Virus record (IMG/VR): IMGVR_UViG_2663763407_000006
Coordinates: 1 to 64,000 of that record
Source: a virus
Lineage: Duplodnaviria; Caudoviricetes
DNA length: 64,000 nt
Direction: 5' to 3' (one strand)
Numbering within the stretch: the first letter of the stretch is position 1; the number at the start of each line of letters is the position of its first letter. The notes beneath the pieces were generated by a model. That model searched no databases. It was given only the letters and a program-made list of their open reading frames with translations, and was not told where the DNA came from. Made by a program: the position numbers and the translations under genes. This document shows positions 48,818-58,916 of this stretch, one piece after another.

Positions 48818-49314
48818 ATACTGGCGCATTACGTTTAAACCAAGAGCAAGAGGCATGGCTACAAACCTTACTATCGCAGTGGGGGGCGTGGGTATATACC
48901 GGCAGGCTTGAAAAACGGCAGAGCAGTATTATCGCTGAGTATATGGCAACCGTAGAACCGAGAGATTATCCCAATCGCCCAATTTGCAATGATGATGATG
49001 GTATGTTGATCCATAGTGTGGTTGATATTATTTATCACATCGATAGAAAGGCTTTCGGATTACTACTGAGCCGATATGTGCAAGGTTCCTCTGTTCGCGC
49101 GATATCAAAGTATTATCATGGAGTAGCGAATCCCAGAGCGATGGTGAGCCGCGCAGGGTTACCAGCGTTTAGGAAACCATCAGAAAAAACCTGTCGCCGA
49201 GAGGTTGAAGAAATATTAAACGCCACTGAGTGTTTATTATACCAACCGCTACAAGATGCGTTCATTTGTCGTGAAAATGAACGAAAAAGCAAGAAATATA
49301 GCAAAACGTGTTGA
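48814..49314 (+). CDS. Q: Late antiterminator Q
   Basis: WGAWVY.GRL...CNDDDG...TCRREV; position before pR' and lysis. Confidence 0.82.
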   Translation: MNTGALRLNQEQEAWLQTLLSQWGAWVYTGRLEKRQSSIIAEYMATVEPRDYPNRPICNDDDGMLIHSVVDIIYHIDRKAFGLLLSRYVQGSSVRAISKYYHGVANPRAMVSRAGLPAFRKPSEKTCRREVEEILNATECLLYQPLQDAFICRENERKSKKYSKTC

Positions 49315-49377
49315 CTTCGCGGGGTCAATGGGTCAGTATTTTACTGTACGTTGCTATATGTACGCGTAAATCTGATT

Positions 49378-49401
49378 AACCCGCCATTCGTGCGGGTTTT
49401 T
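49378..49401 (+). terminator. tR'-like terminator
   Basis: aacccgc-cattcgt-gcgggtt-ttt shortly after Q. Confidence 0.7.
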
Positions 49402-49418
49402 GCGTTTTTGCCCTCAAC

Positions 49419-49566
49419 AAAAAAACCGCCTGACCTTTTGAGTCAAGCGGCTATCATTTATCACTCGTTAGAAATGGGCGACCCCGATATGTATCAGCAT
49501 ATCAGGGCCATTACACCCATGTTTCCGGTCATGAGTATAACCAAGGCCCACCCTGCTAACGTCAGC
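49419..49566 (-). ncRNA. Candidate antisense RNA to the mom leader
   Basis: Minus-strand -10 TAGGAT (49573-49578), internal hairpin, terminator plus U7; mismatches are G:U pairs only on the minus strand. Confidence 0.5.
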
Positions 49567-49600
49567 GGTGGTATCCTAACGGAATACTGTATATATAACC

Positions 49601-50323
49601 ATGAAAAAGTTAAGTTACAAAAATGCATCCCGCGCCGTGGGTAAGCCTGAACCGGTGATTTATGATGGTGTAACGGTGGGGTTCGGATGTTCAGATCTGC
49701 ATGTCGCCACAATTCCTGTCTGGTTGGCCCGTCTGGTTATCATCAACTTTCATTACAGCAAACGCATAGTAAACAACTCATATTTGCACCTGGGTATTTT
49801 CTCCGGTCGCGATCTGGTTGGTGTTATGCAATGGGGCTATGCAATGAATCCCAGCAGTGGTGGGCGAGTCGTTGAGGGAACCGGCAACCGGCAATACATG
49901 GAACTAAACCGCCTGTGGGTGCATGACGACATGCTGACAAATACCGAATCGCGGGCGATCAGTTACGCACTCAAAACCATCAAATTGCTTCATCCCGGTG
50001 TTGAGTGGGTGCAGACGTTCGCTGATGAGCGGTGCGGGCGTTTCGGTGTGGTGTACCAGGCTAGCAATTTTGATTATGTGGGTAGCCATCAAAGCACGTT
50101 TTATGAATTAGATGGCGAGTGGTACCACAAGATTGCTTTAACCACTAAGGCCAGCAAAGCGGGTGCGCGTGGTTTACATTTGCAGGCCAATATTCACCGG
50201 GCGACAGCACATAAATTTACGCAGTTCCGCTATATCAAGTTTCTGAATAAACGAGCTAGAAAGCGGCTCAATACAAAGCTGTTTAAACCCCTCCCATATC
50301 CAAAGCCGGGAGGGAACAAGTAG
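49601..50323 (+). CDS. mom: Mu Mom-like adenine modification enzyme (GNAT)
   Basis: [46 protein letters not shown]. Confidence 0.92.
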   Translation: MKKLSYKNASRAVGKPEPVIYDGVTVGFGCSDLHVATIPVWLARLVIINFHYSKRIVNNSYLHLGIFSGRDLVGVMQWGYAMNPSSGGRVVEGTGNRQYMELNRLWVHDDMLTNTESRAISYALKTIKLLHPGVEWVQTFADERCGRFGVVYQASNFDYVGSHQSTFYELDGEWYHKIALTTKASKAGARGLHLQANIHRATAHKFTQFRYIKFLNKRARKRLNTKLFKPLPYPKPGGNK

Positions 50324-50390
50324 AGCTGCCGGATGGTAGCTTTTTTTATTTCTACTACGCGCCCAACCCGCTGACCGGGAGGGGGAGATC

Positions 50391-50606
50391 ATGAAAATGA
50401 GCAATATCGCTTCTAATGCTTCCTACCTGGCGTCGGGTGGTAGTTTTATTTTTTGGGCTAAAGAACTGATTGCTGGCTTCACCCCTGATGAGTGGACGGT
50501 GATTGGCGTGCTTGGTTCGTTATTCTTTATGGCCCTGACATTCATGCTTAACGCTGGCGTCAAGATTTGGGATCGCCGCCACGGCTATAAACCGGATGGT
50601 GAGTGA
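50391..50606 (+). CDS. Holin (phage 21-like pinholin) with MKM dual start
   Basis: Two hydrophobic segments, TPDEWTVIGVLGSL. Confidence 0.82.
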   Translation: MKMSNIASNASYLASGGSFIFWAKELIAGFTPDEWTVIGVLGSLFFMALTFMLNAGVKIWDRRHGYKPDGE

Positions 50607-51136
50607 TGGCCTCGACAAAAAGCAAATTAAGCGCGGCTGTCCTGGCTCTGGTTATGGTTGCAGCACCGGCCACCATAATTCTTGATCAGCTTTTGGATGA
50701 GAAAGAGGGTAACCGGCTGGTTGCTTATCCAGATGGAAAGGGGATTTGGACTGTTTGCCGTGGTGCGACTCAAGTCGATGGCAAGCCGGTAGTGAAAGGG
50801 ATGAAGCTGTCAGCGGATAAGTGTGCTGCGGTGAATCAATTGGAGGCTGATAAGGCTATAAACTGGGTAAAGAAAAATGTCCGGGTACCGCTGACTGAAC
50901 CACAGATGGCCGGTATCGCGTCGTTTTGCCCCTATAACATCGGCCCAAGTAAATGTTTCACCTCCACCTTCTATAAAAAACTCAACGCTGGCGACCGTAA
51001 AGGTGCATGCGCTGAAATCAAACGCTGGGTATATGACGGCGGTAAGGATTGCAATATTCGCTCAAATAACTGTTACGGGCAGATAGAACGCCGAGCGCAG
51101 GAAAGCGAGCTGACTTGCTGGGGGCTGGATGAATAA
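50606..51136 (+). CDS. SAR endolysin (GH24)
   Basis: Hydrophobic N-terminus, EKEG...YPDGKGIWTVCRG. Confidence 0.9.
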   Translation: MASTKSKLSAAVLALVMVAAPATIILDQLLDEKEGNRLVAYPDGKGIWTVCRGATQVDGKPVVKGMKLSADKCAAVNQLEADKAINWVKKNVRVPLTEPQMAGIASFCPYNIGPSKCFTSTFYKKLNAGDRKGACAEIKRWVYDGGKDCNIRSNNCYGQIERRAQESELTCWGLDE

Positions 51137-51461
51137 GGCCATCGGATTAGTCATTGCAGTGCTGGTGGTTATTGTGTCGGCTCTGTTCTTTAACAGTTAC
51201 CGCCTCTCAAATCAGGTCGAAAAAACGGAAGCGGAGCTGGTGGCCGAGCAAGCCACAAACACGGTACTGGGTAACATCATTGATGCTTACGGTGCTAACG
51301 ATGCCGCCAACCGAGCTGCCACCACCCGACAACTCGAAAACGAGAGGAAGCTACGCAATGCCAGTGAATTACAGGTTGCACGGTTTAAAGCAGCAGCGGC
51401 GAGTGATGATTGTGCTATCAAGCCTATGTCTGGCGATGTCATTAACATCATGCGCGAATAA
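51129..51461 (+). CDS. Rz-like i-spanin
   Basis: N-terminal TM, coiled coil, DDCA. Confidence 0.8.
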   Translation: MNKAIGLVIAVLVVIVSALFFNSYRLSNQVEKTEAELVAEQATNTVLGNIIDAYGANDAANRAATTRQLENERKLRNASELQVARFKAAAASDDCAIKPMSGDVINIMRE

Positions 51462-51666
51462 GCCAACTAAATCGCTTGTTACCGAACCCGCACTATTATT
51501 GCCGCCAGAGTCAGCGCTTACCCCCTGTGAAGTTCCAGAGTTTACCGGTATTACCTGGGGGGATGGCGGATTGTACGCGATGGAATTAAAGCGGGAACTA
51601 CGAATCTGCAAAGGTCGGCTTGATGAGGTTATTGACTGGCGCCAGAACGTTGGGAGGAAAACATGA
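51406..51666 (+). CDS. Rz1-like o-spanin
   Basis: Lipobox LTSC, Pro-rich, overlaps Rz. Confidence 0.75.
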   Translation: MIVLSSLCLAMSLTSCANKPTKSLVTEPALLLPPESALTPCEVPEFTGITWGDGGLYAMELKRELRICKGRLDEVIDWRQNVGRKT

Positions 51667-51731
51667 TTGCAAATTGGGAAGCACTGCCACAACGGCTCTC
51701 AGTAGATACCCAATAACAGACAATCTATGCA

Positions 51732-52052
51732 ATGATAAGGAACGATTTAAGCTCAAGGTTGCAAGGCATGGCAAAGTTCATAAGGGACTACAAAGGGGCG
51801 TTTAGACGCAATGGGTATATCGGACTCGGGATAAGAGAATGGATATTCTTCACGCTGAAAAGTGCGCTGCTTTTTTTGGTACTTATTCTTGCTTTCACCG
51901 CTCTACAGTACGCCGCTATTTTCGGGACTCCTTTGTTTGACTATTTAACGGCTCCCGGTATTCGCATTTCCAGTATCTGCGGGATCCTCGCATCACTGAT
52001 AGTGAGCTTCGGACCAAGTGTGTTGTACAGCATTAGATACTGCGTCAGGTAA
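51732..52052 (+). CDS. Small membrane protein (moron position)
   Basis: Two hydrophobic segments; terminator at 52061-52082. Confidence 0.55.
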   Translation: MIRNDLSSRLQGMAKFIRDYKGAFRRNGYIGLGIREWIFFTLKSALLFLVLILAFTALQYAAIFGTPLFDYLTAPGIRISSICGILASLIVSFGPSVLYSIRYCVR

Positions 52053-52164
52053 TCATCACAAGCCGCCTCCGAGCGGTTTTTTATTGGATGCTATTTATAA
52101 AACTCTGCCAAGCTTCACCATAATGGCGCTTCACAAAGATTTATAACGACAAAAGGAATAGCGA

Positions 52165-52767
52165 ATGACCAAACCAGATTGGGAGGCCATCGAATCGGCG
52201 TACCGAGCTGGCTTGATGTCTATCCGAGAAATAGCATCACAACACGGCATCACTCACGGCGCTATTAACAAGCGAGCAAAGCGTGACGGCTGGGAGCGTG
52301 ACCTCAAGGCGAAGATAAAAGCCAAGGCAGATGCGCTGGTATCCAAACGCGAGGTATCCAGCAAGGTATCCACTGAAACGGCTACCAACGAGCGGATACT
52401 GATTGAGGCTAACGCAGAAGTCATTGCCAACGTTCGCATGGAGCATCGTGGCGATATTCGTCGTGCTAGGGCAATCACCAACGCTCTATTTGATGAGCTT
52501 GGAGCTGAGTGTGCTGATGTCGCTACTCTGGAAAAGCTCGGTGAGTTAATGTTCAACCCAGACGATAAGGGACAGGATCGCCTGAATGAGATTTATCATA
52601 AGGTCATCAGCATGCCGGATCGGGTTAAGTCGGTTAAGGCGCTTAGCGATGCATTGAAGAACCTCATCGGACTTGAGCGTCAGGCATACGACATCGACGG
52701 GCCGGAAGGCGACAACTCTGTTAAGAAACTTTCTGACCTGATGGATTCATTGTCTCAGGGGGCATAA
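52165..52767 (+). CDS. Terminase small subunit
   Basis: PDWEAIESAYRAG...HTH; upstream of TerL. Confidence 0.85.
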   Translation: MTKPDWEAIESAYRAGLMSIREIASQHGITHGAINKRAKRDGWERDLKAKIKAKADALVSKREVSSKVSTETATNERILIEANAEVIANVRMEHRGDIRRARAITNALFDELGAECADVATLEKLGELMFNPDDKGQDRLNEIYHKVISMPDRVKSVKALSDALKNLIGLERQAYDIDGPEGDNSVKKLSDLMDSLSQGA

Positions 52768-54254
52768 TGAGACCTGAGCACCTCAAGCTGCTGGCAGATA
52801 AAGACTGGCGGCTGAATAATCTTTACTGGATCACCGACAAAGAAGGTAAGCCGATACGCTTCAGGATGACGCCTGAGCAGCGCGAATACTTCGAAGGTAT
52901 CCATACTCGTAATATCATTCTTAAAGCTCGTCAGCTTGGCTTCACGACTGAGGTTTGCATTATTCAGTTAGATGCCGCGCTGTTTGAATCAGCTAAATGT
53001 GCGCTGATAGCCCACACACTGAATGACGCCAGGCGGCTGTTTCGCGAAAAGGTAAAATACGCCTACGACAAGTTGCCCGATGAAATCAAAGCAGCCAATC
53101 CGGCAAGTAATGATTCCGCTGGCGAGTTGGTGTTTAACAAAGGCGGCTCACTTTACGTCAGTACCTCATTTCGTGGCGGTACACTGCGTTACCTGCACGT
53201 TTCAGAGTTCGGCAAGATATGCGCCAAGTATCCTGACAAAGCGCGTGAGATTGTCACTGGCGCGTTTGAAGCGGTATCAACTGACTGCTTTACCACTATC
53301 GAAAGTACTGCTGAAGGCCGTGCTGGTTACTTTTTCGATTACTGCCAAACAGCAGAAAAAGCACAGCTTCAGGGAAAAAAACTTTCTAACCTCGATTGGA
53401 AGTTCTTCTTCTTCACCTGGTGGAGAAACCCGCAGTACGCAATTGACCCGGTTGAGGCTTTACCGCAGCGCCTAGTTGATTACTTTGCTGAGATGGAAGC
53501 CAAACACGGAGTTCATCTTAACGAGCGCCAGAAAGCATGGTACTACGCCAAAGAGAAGACGCTTGGCGACGATATGAAGCGGGAATATCCAACCATCCCC
53601 GCCGAAGCATTCCAACAATCAGTCGAAGGTGCTTACTACGCCAAACAGTTCCGCTGGCTCTATACCAATAAGCGGATCTGCAAATTACCTGATAACTCAC
53701 ACCTACCGGTTCATACGTTCTGGGATATCGGCGTGGGTGACTCAACGGCCATCTGGTTCGTGCGTGAAGTTGGCGAAGAGTTCCACATCATCGACTACTA
53801 CGAAAACTCCGGTGAAGGTCTACGGCACTATATGAAGGTGCTGAAAGACCGCGGCTATTCGTATGGCGACCACTGGGGTCCGCACGATATCGAAAACCGT
53901 GAATTCGGCTCTGATGCCAAGTCTCGCAAAGAACTGGCGCGGGAAGGCTATGAAATCGATGGGCAAATTTATTCCATGACATTCAAAGTGGTGCCGAAAA
54001 CTGGCGTTGATACCGGTATCGAGTCAGTGCGTGAAATTCTGCCTAAGTGTGTCTTTGATGATGAGAAATGTGCTGAAGGCATAACTCACCTCGAAGGCTA
54101 CCGGAAAGAATGGGACGACAAACGTGGTTGCTGGAAAGACAAACCACTTCACGATCACACCTCTCACGGCTCTGATGGGTTCCGTTACTTTGCTGTAGCG
54201 AAGAACAATAAGCGCCAAGAAGCATTCAGCATAAACATGAGAACCGCATTCTAA
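52767..54254 (+). CDS. Terminase large subunit
   Basis: ILKARQLGFTT, LHVSE, ESTAEG, WDIGVGD, SHGSDGFRY. Confidence 0.93.
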   Translation: MRPEHLKLLADKDWRLNNLYWITDKEGKPIRFRMTPEQREYFEGIHTRNIILKARQLGFTTEVCIIQLDAALFESAKCALIAHTLNDARRLFREKVKYAYDKLPDEIKAANPASNDSAGELVFNKGGSLYVSTSFRGGTLRYLHVSEFGKICAKYPDKAREIVTGAFEAVSTDCFTTIESTAEGRAGYFFDYCQTAEKAQLQGKKLSNLDWKFFFFTWWRNPQYAIDPVEALPQRLVDYFAEMEAKHGVHLNERQKAWYYAKEKTLGDDMKREYPTIPAEAFQQSVEGAYYAKQFRWLYTNKRICKLPDNSHLPVHTFWDIGVGDSTAIWFVREVGEEFHIIDYYENSGEGLRHYMKVLKDRGYSYGDHWGPHDIENREFGSDAKSRKELAREGYEIDGQIYSMTFKVVPKTGVDTGIESVREILPKCVFDDEKCAEGITHLEGYRKEWDDKRGCWKDKPLHDHTSHGSDGFRYFAVAKNNKRQEAFSINMRTAF

Positions 54255-55642
54255 TGGCTAATAACGACATTACATTTATCCGGCCTGAACATGGGGCCGC
54301 AAGCCCGTTATGGGAAACGGTTCGCGATGTTTGTCGTGGGCCAGATGCGGTTAAGCGTAGACGGCATAAATATCTGCCAAAGCTTGACCCGACAAACAAT
54401 AGTGAAGAGAACAACCGGCGCAATGATGACTATCTTCGCCGCGCTGTCTTTTATGCGATCACCGGTCATACCAAAAATGGGTTGATCGGGATGGCATTTC
54501 GTCGCGACCCCACTGTGACTATCGTCGATAAAATGGAATACCTGAAAACCAACGCCAATGGCGCAGGTATCAGCATTTATCAACAGGCGCAGTCAGTTCT
54601 TGAATCTGTATTAGAAGTTGCCAGAGAGGGGTTATACGTCGATTACAGCGCTGATATGAAAGGGGCCATCATTCTTAATTATCGCGCTGAGGACATTATC
54701 AACTGGCGAACTGAGCGGATAAATGGGCGCGATAAACTGGTTTTGGTCGTGCTGCGTGAGTGTGTTGAAGAACCAGATGGCTACGGCTTCAAGGATCGCA
54801 TTCAATACCGTGAGCTGGCGATGGACGGTGGTCGGTTCGTATGTCGCGTCTGGCGTAATGTCGGACCGAAAAAGAGCGGTGTTTATGACGTTGATAGCGA
54901 ATATTACCCAGTGATTCAGTTTGGCGGTTCATGGGATGAAATACCGTTCACCTTTGTTGGCGCGCAAAACAATGACCCGTCAATTGATGAATCACCTTTA
55001 TTGGCACTGACTGAAATCAATCTCGGCCATTACCGAAACTCAGCCGATTACGAGGATAGCCTGTTCTTTTGTGGGCAGGTGCAGCCGTGGATCAGTGGAT
55101 TAACCGAAGAGTGGCGCGACTGGCTGCAAAAGGCAGGGGTTGCTCTTGGTTCACGTTCGCCAATATTGTTGCCAAAGGACGGGGCTTCTGGGTTTAACCA
55201 AGCGCAGCCAAATATGATAGCCAAAGAGGGGATGGACTCCAAACGCGACTACATGATCTCTCTTGGCGCTCGATTGGTTGAGCAAAATAGCGCGGTAAAA
55301 ACAGCAACGCAGGCAACGGGCGACCAGGCGGCGTCTACCTCTGTTCTTGGCATCTGTTGTGCCAACGTTTCAGAGGCCTATACGCAAGCACTGCTTTGGT
55401 GTGCGAAATACATGGGGAATAAGGGAGCAGAGGTTGCGTATTCCATCAGCCAGGAATTTATTCAGCGCGTTGCCGACTCAGGGATGTTGGCTGCGATTGT
55501 TGCAGCTTGGCAGAGTGGCGCAATTCGTGATGCAGATATGATCCGGGCAATGCAAAAGCTGGATATTATCGACCCAGAATCAAATCCCAATGATGTTCTG
55601 GACGAATTGAAAAATCAGAGTCCCAGCCTGACAGGTGGCTAA
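54254..55642 (+). CDS. Portal protein (DUF4055-like)
   Basis: YLRRAVFY, AEDIINW, IPFTFVG, HYRNSADYE; synteny. Confidence 0.88.
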   Translation: MANNDITFIRPEHGAASPLWETVRDVCRGPDAVKRRRHKYLPKLDPTNNSEENNRRNDDYLRRAVFYAITGHTKNGLIGMAFRRDPTVTIVDKMEYLKTNANGAGISIYQQAQSVLESVLEVAREGLYVDYSADMKGAIILNYRAEDIINWRTERINGRDKLVLVVLRECVEEPDGYGFKDRIQYRELAMDGGRFVCRVWRNVGPKKSGVYDVDSEYYPVIQFGGSWDEIPFTFVGAQNNDPSIDESPLLALTEINLGHYRNSADYEDSLFFCGQVQPWISGLTEEWRDWLQKAGVALGSRSPILLPKDGASGFNQAQPNMIAKEGMDSKRDYMISLGARLVEQNSAVKTATQATGDQAASTSVLGICCANVSEAYTQALLWCAKYMGNKGAEVAYSISQEFIQRVADSGMLAAIVAAWQSGAIRDADMIRAMQKLDIIDPESNPNDVLDELKNQSPSLTGG

Positions 55643-56755
55643 ATGGCAACGATTAACGAAAGGCTACGTGATGAAGCAATAGCACATAGCCTGTTTCAAT
55701 CGCGTTATGGTGCTGGCGTTGCCCGTAAAATGGTTAAAGTGCTCAACGAGAGCGATGCTGAGCTATCTGCTCGTCTAATTGTGGCGCTTGATGAAGTCAA
55801 TCCGAATAGTGTCACAGTGAAGCGCTTAGAGAGCTTGCTAGCGAGTGTGCGCGAAGTGAACAAGCAAGCTGTTGATGCGATGTATGTCTCTCTGTCAGAC
55901 GAGCTGCTGGACTTTGCAAAGCATGAGGCAGGTTATCAGCTTGGTTTGTTTGACTCCTTATTGCCGGGGCCAGTTTTAAATCGGTTCCCGCTAGCATCAA
56001 TCACTCAAGAGCAGGTTTACGCCGCTGCAATGGCTCAACCGTTCCAGGGGCGATTGCTGCGAGACTGGGCTGAGAATATCGAAGCCGATCGGATGACACG
56101 CATTATCAATACGGTGAAAAACGGCTATCTGGCTGGCGATACGGTTGAACAGATGGCGCGGAAGGTACGCGGCACCAGAGCAAAAAACTATCAAGATGGC
56201 GCAATCGAGGCGGGCCGAAAGAATGTCACTGCGGTGGTGAAAACGGCCGTCACTCATATGGCTGCCGTGGCGAGGGATAAATTTGCTGATAACAACAGCA
56301 ATATCATTGATACCAAGCAATGGCTCAGTACCTTGGACAATAAAACTTCTCACGATTGCATCATCCGTGACCGCCTCAAATACACGTTGGAAGGTAAACC
56401 CATTGGTCACAAGGTTCCATATCTTCAGGGGCCAGGCCGCATTCATTTCTGTTGTCGCTCAATGGAAACCTTAATCACCAAATCATGGCGAGAAATGGGG
56501 ATTGATATTGATGAAATGGACGAAGGTACTCGCGCCAGCATGGATGGGCAGGTACCGGCAGGAACGACATACGGCGAGTGGCTACAGCGGCAATCTTACC
56601 GCCGACAGGTTCAGGTGCTGGGCGAGACTCGCGCTAGACTGATGAAAGATGGCGGTATGCGAACTGATGAATTTTTCACTGATAAAGGGGAGTGGCTGAC
56701 GTTACAGCAGCTTCGCGATATTGACGGTCGGGCATTCTCTGATGTAGGCCTGTAG
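55643..56755 (+). CDS. Minor head protein (Mu gpF/SPP1 gp7 family)
   Basis: WLSTLDNKTS..C...HFCCRS. Confidence 0.85.
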   Translation: MATINERLRDEAIAHSLFQSRYGAGVARKMVKVLNESDAELSARLIVALDEVNPNSVTVKRLESLLASVREVNKQAVDAMYVSLSDELLDFAKHEAGYQLGLFDSLLPGPVLNRFPLASITQEQVYAAAMAQPFQGRLLRDWAENIEADRMTRIINTVKNGYLAGDTVEQMARKVRGTRAKNYQDGAIEAGRKNVTAVVKTAVTHMAAVARDKFADNNSNIIDTKQWLSTLDNKTSHDCIIRDRLKYTLEGKPIGHKVPYLQGPGRIHFCCRSMETLITKSWREMGIDIDEMDEGTRASMDGQVPAGTTYGEWLQRQSYRRQVQVLGETRARLMKDGGMRTDEFFTDKGEWLTLQQLRDIDGRAFSDVGL

Positions 56756-56876
56756 GAAACTACGCTTTAACAATTACCGCCAACGGTAAAAAACTGAGTT
56801 ATCCAAAATCTGAGCCTCGCCATCGTGCGGGGCTTTTTAATGGGCTAGGCCCAGCAATAAATCCCAAGGGGACAGC

Positions 56877-57650
56877 ATGCTATTCCGAAATATCGCACGT
56901 AAATATTATGCCGAGGCAGGTGAAGGTGGCGAAGGTGGTGGCGGACCAGCCGCAACTATCACACCAGAGATTCAGGCATTGATTGATGCCAGGGTTAATG
57001 AATCTGTCACAGGACTCAAAACCAAAAATAGCGAATTACTCGGCAAGCTCAAAGAGCAAGGCGAGAGCCTAAAACGCTATGACGGTATCGACCCGGACGC
57101 GGTGAAAACCATCCTGCAACGATTTTCTGACGACGAAGAAGCCAAGCTGATCGCCGCTGGAAAGATTGATGAGGTACTGGATAAACGCACTGAGCGATTA
57201 CGGGCTGATGTTGATAAAAAACTCAAAGTTGCCAATGACCGCGCTGAGAAAGCCGAAAGTTTCAGCAAAAAATTCAGTGACCGGGTGCTTGGTGATGCCA
57301 TTCGCTCCGCCGCATTGAAAACTGGCGCATTGCCGGGTGCTGCTGACGACATCATCCTGCGCGCAAAAGGCGTATTTACTCTCAACGATGAAGGTGAGGC
57401 CGTCGCCGTTGATAAAGATGGTTCAGCCCTACTGGGAAAGGATGGAAAAACACCACTCACCCCGCACGAATGGGCTGAATCACTGAAAGATGTTGCTCCG
57501 CATCTCTGGCCGCAGGCTGAAGGCACCAACGCTGGCGGTCATAAGCAGAATGGCGGCGCACTCAAACGATCAGCAATGACCGCAGCCCAAAAGGCGGAAT
57601 TTATTCGTGCTAACGGGCAGCAGGCATTCTTAAAACTTCCGAAAGAATAA
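56877..57650 (+). CDS. Capsid scaffold protein
   Basis: Coiled-coil protein upstream of the capsid gene. Confidence 0.75.
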   Translation: MLFRNIARKYYAEAGEGGEGGGGPAATITPEIQALIDARVNESVTGLKTKNSELLGKLKEQGESLKRYDGIDPDAVKTILQRFSDDEEAKLIAAGKIDEVLDKRTERLRADVDKKLKVANDRAEKAESFSKKFSDRVLGDAIRSAALKTGALPGAADDIILRAKGVFTLNDEGEAVAVDKDGSALLGKDGKTPLTPHEWAESLKDVAPHLWPQAEGTNAGGHKQNGGALKRSAMTAAQKAEFIRANGQQAFLKLPKE

Positions 57651-57663
57651 GGATTTATAATTT

Positions 57664-58869
57664 ATGACCACAACCGTTAACTCTGACCTGATCATCTATA
57701 ACGATCTGGCTCAGACATCCTATCTTGAGCGCCGACAGGACAACCTTGACGTGTTCAACGCCTCTTCAAATGGTGCGATTGTGCTGGATAACGCCTTGAT
57801 TGAAGGGGATTTCCGTAAACGTGCTTTCTATCAGCTTGGTGGCAGCATCGAGCACCGTGATGTTGATTCAACCGGGAAAGTCACAGGTAAGAAAATTGGT
57901 GCCGGTGAATCAGTTGGCGTTAAGGCTCCGTGGAAATACGGCCCTTACCAGACGACTGAAGAGGCATTTAAACGTCGTGGCCGTGACGTGTCTGAATTCT
58001 CCGAAATTGTGGGCGTAGATGTCGCCGACGCTTCACTGGAGGGGTTCATCAAGTACGGCATTCAGGCGTTGAGCGCTTCCATCGGTGCTAACCCTGACAT
58101 GGTTGTAACTGCCAACATTGAAGTTGATGGCAAGAAAACCCTGACCAAAGGTATGCGCAAGTACGGTGATCGCTTTGGCCGTATTGCGCTGTTTGTTATG
58201 CACTCATCTACCTACTTTGACATCATTGATCAGGCGATTGCAGCCAAGATTTATGAGGAGGCTGGTGTTGTAGTGTATGGCGGTCAGCCTGGCACATTAG
58301 GTAAGCCGGTTCTGGTTACCGATACTGCGCCAATTGATGCCATCTTTGGGTTGTTGCCGAACGCGGTGGTTATTACCGAGTCGCAGGCTCCTGGCTTCCG
58401 GTCATACCCAATCAACGATGAGGAAAACCTCGGCGTTGGTTATCGCGCAGAAGGGACAATTAACATCGACTTGCTGGGCTATAGCTGGGATGAAACCAAC
58501 GGCGGCAAGAATCCGAGCTTGACCGAAATTGGCGCGACCAATAGCTGGAAAAAACATGCAACCAGCAACAAAGTTACCGCAGGCGTGATGATTAAGTTGA
58601 TTGCTGAAGATGTGGCGGCAACAGGTGTCACTCTGAATAAATCGACGACTTCATTGGTTGTTGGTGCAGATGAAACGCTTGTTGCTACTGTCGCTCCATC
58701 TGATGCTGCGAATAAAGCTGTTATCTGGACTTCATCCGCTGCTGCAAAAGCCACAGTTGATGCAAATGGTAAGGTGACTGCTGTTGCCGCAGGAAGCGCA
58801 ACTATTACCGCTAAGTGCGTGGACGGCAACTTCACTGCGACTTGCGTAGTGACTGTTACGGCTGCTTAA
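57664..58869 (+). CDS. Major capsid protein with C-terminal Ig-like (Big_2) domain
   Basis: VFNASSNGAI, TLGKPVLVTD; VTLNK...WTSS...ATVD..G.VTAV..G.ATIT. Confidence 0.88.
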   Translation: MTTTVNSDLIIYNDLAQTSYLERRQDNLDVFNASSNGAIVLDNALIEGDFRKRAFYQLGGSIEHRDVDSTGKVTGKKIGAGESVGVKAPWKYGPYQTTEEAFKRRGRDVSEFSEIVGVDVADASLEGFIKYGIQALSASIGANPDMVVTANIEVDGKKTLTKGMRKYGDRFGRIALFVMHSSTYFDIIDQAIAAKIYEEAGVVVYGGQPGTLGKPVLVTDTAPIDAIFGLLPNAVVITESQAPGFRSYPINDEENLGVGYRAEGTINIDLLGYSWDETNGGKNPSLTEIGATNSWKKHATSNKVTAGVMIKLIAEDVAATGVTLNKSTTSLVVGADETLVATVAPSDAANKAVIWTSSAAAKATVDANGKVTAVAAGSATITAKCVDGNFTATCVVTVTAA

Positions 58870-58916
58870 GTTGGATAACTATAGGGGCTTAGGCCCCTTT
58901 TCTATTGGAGGATAGG

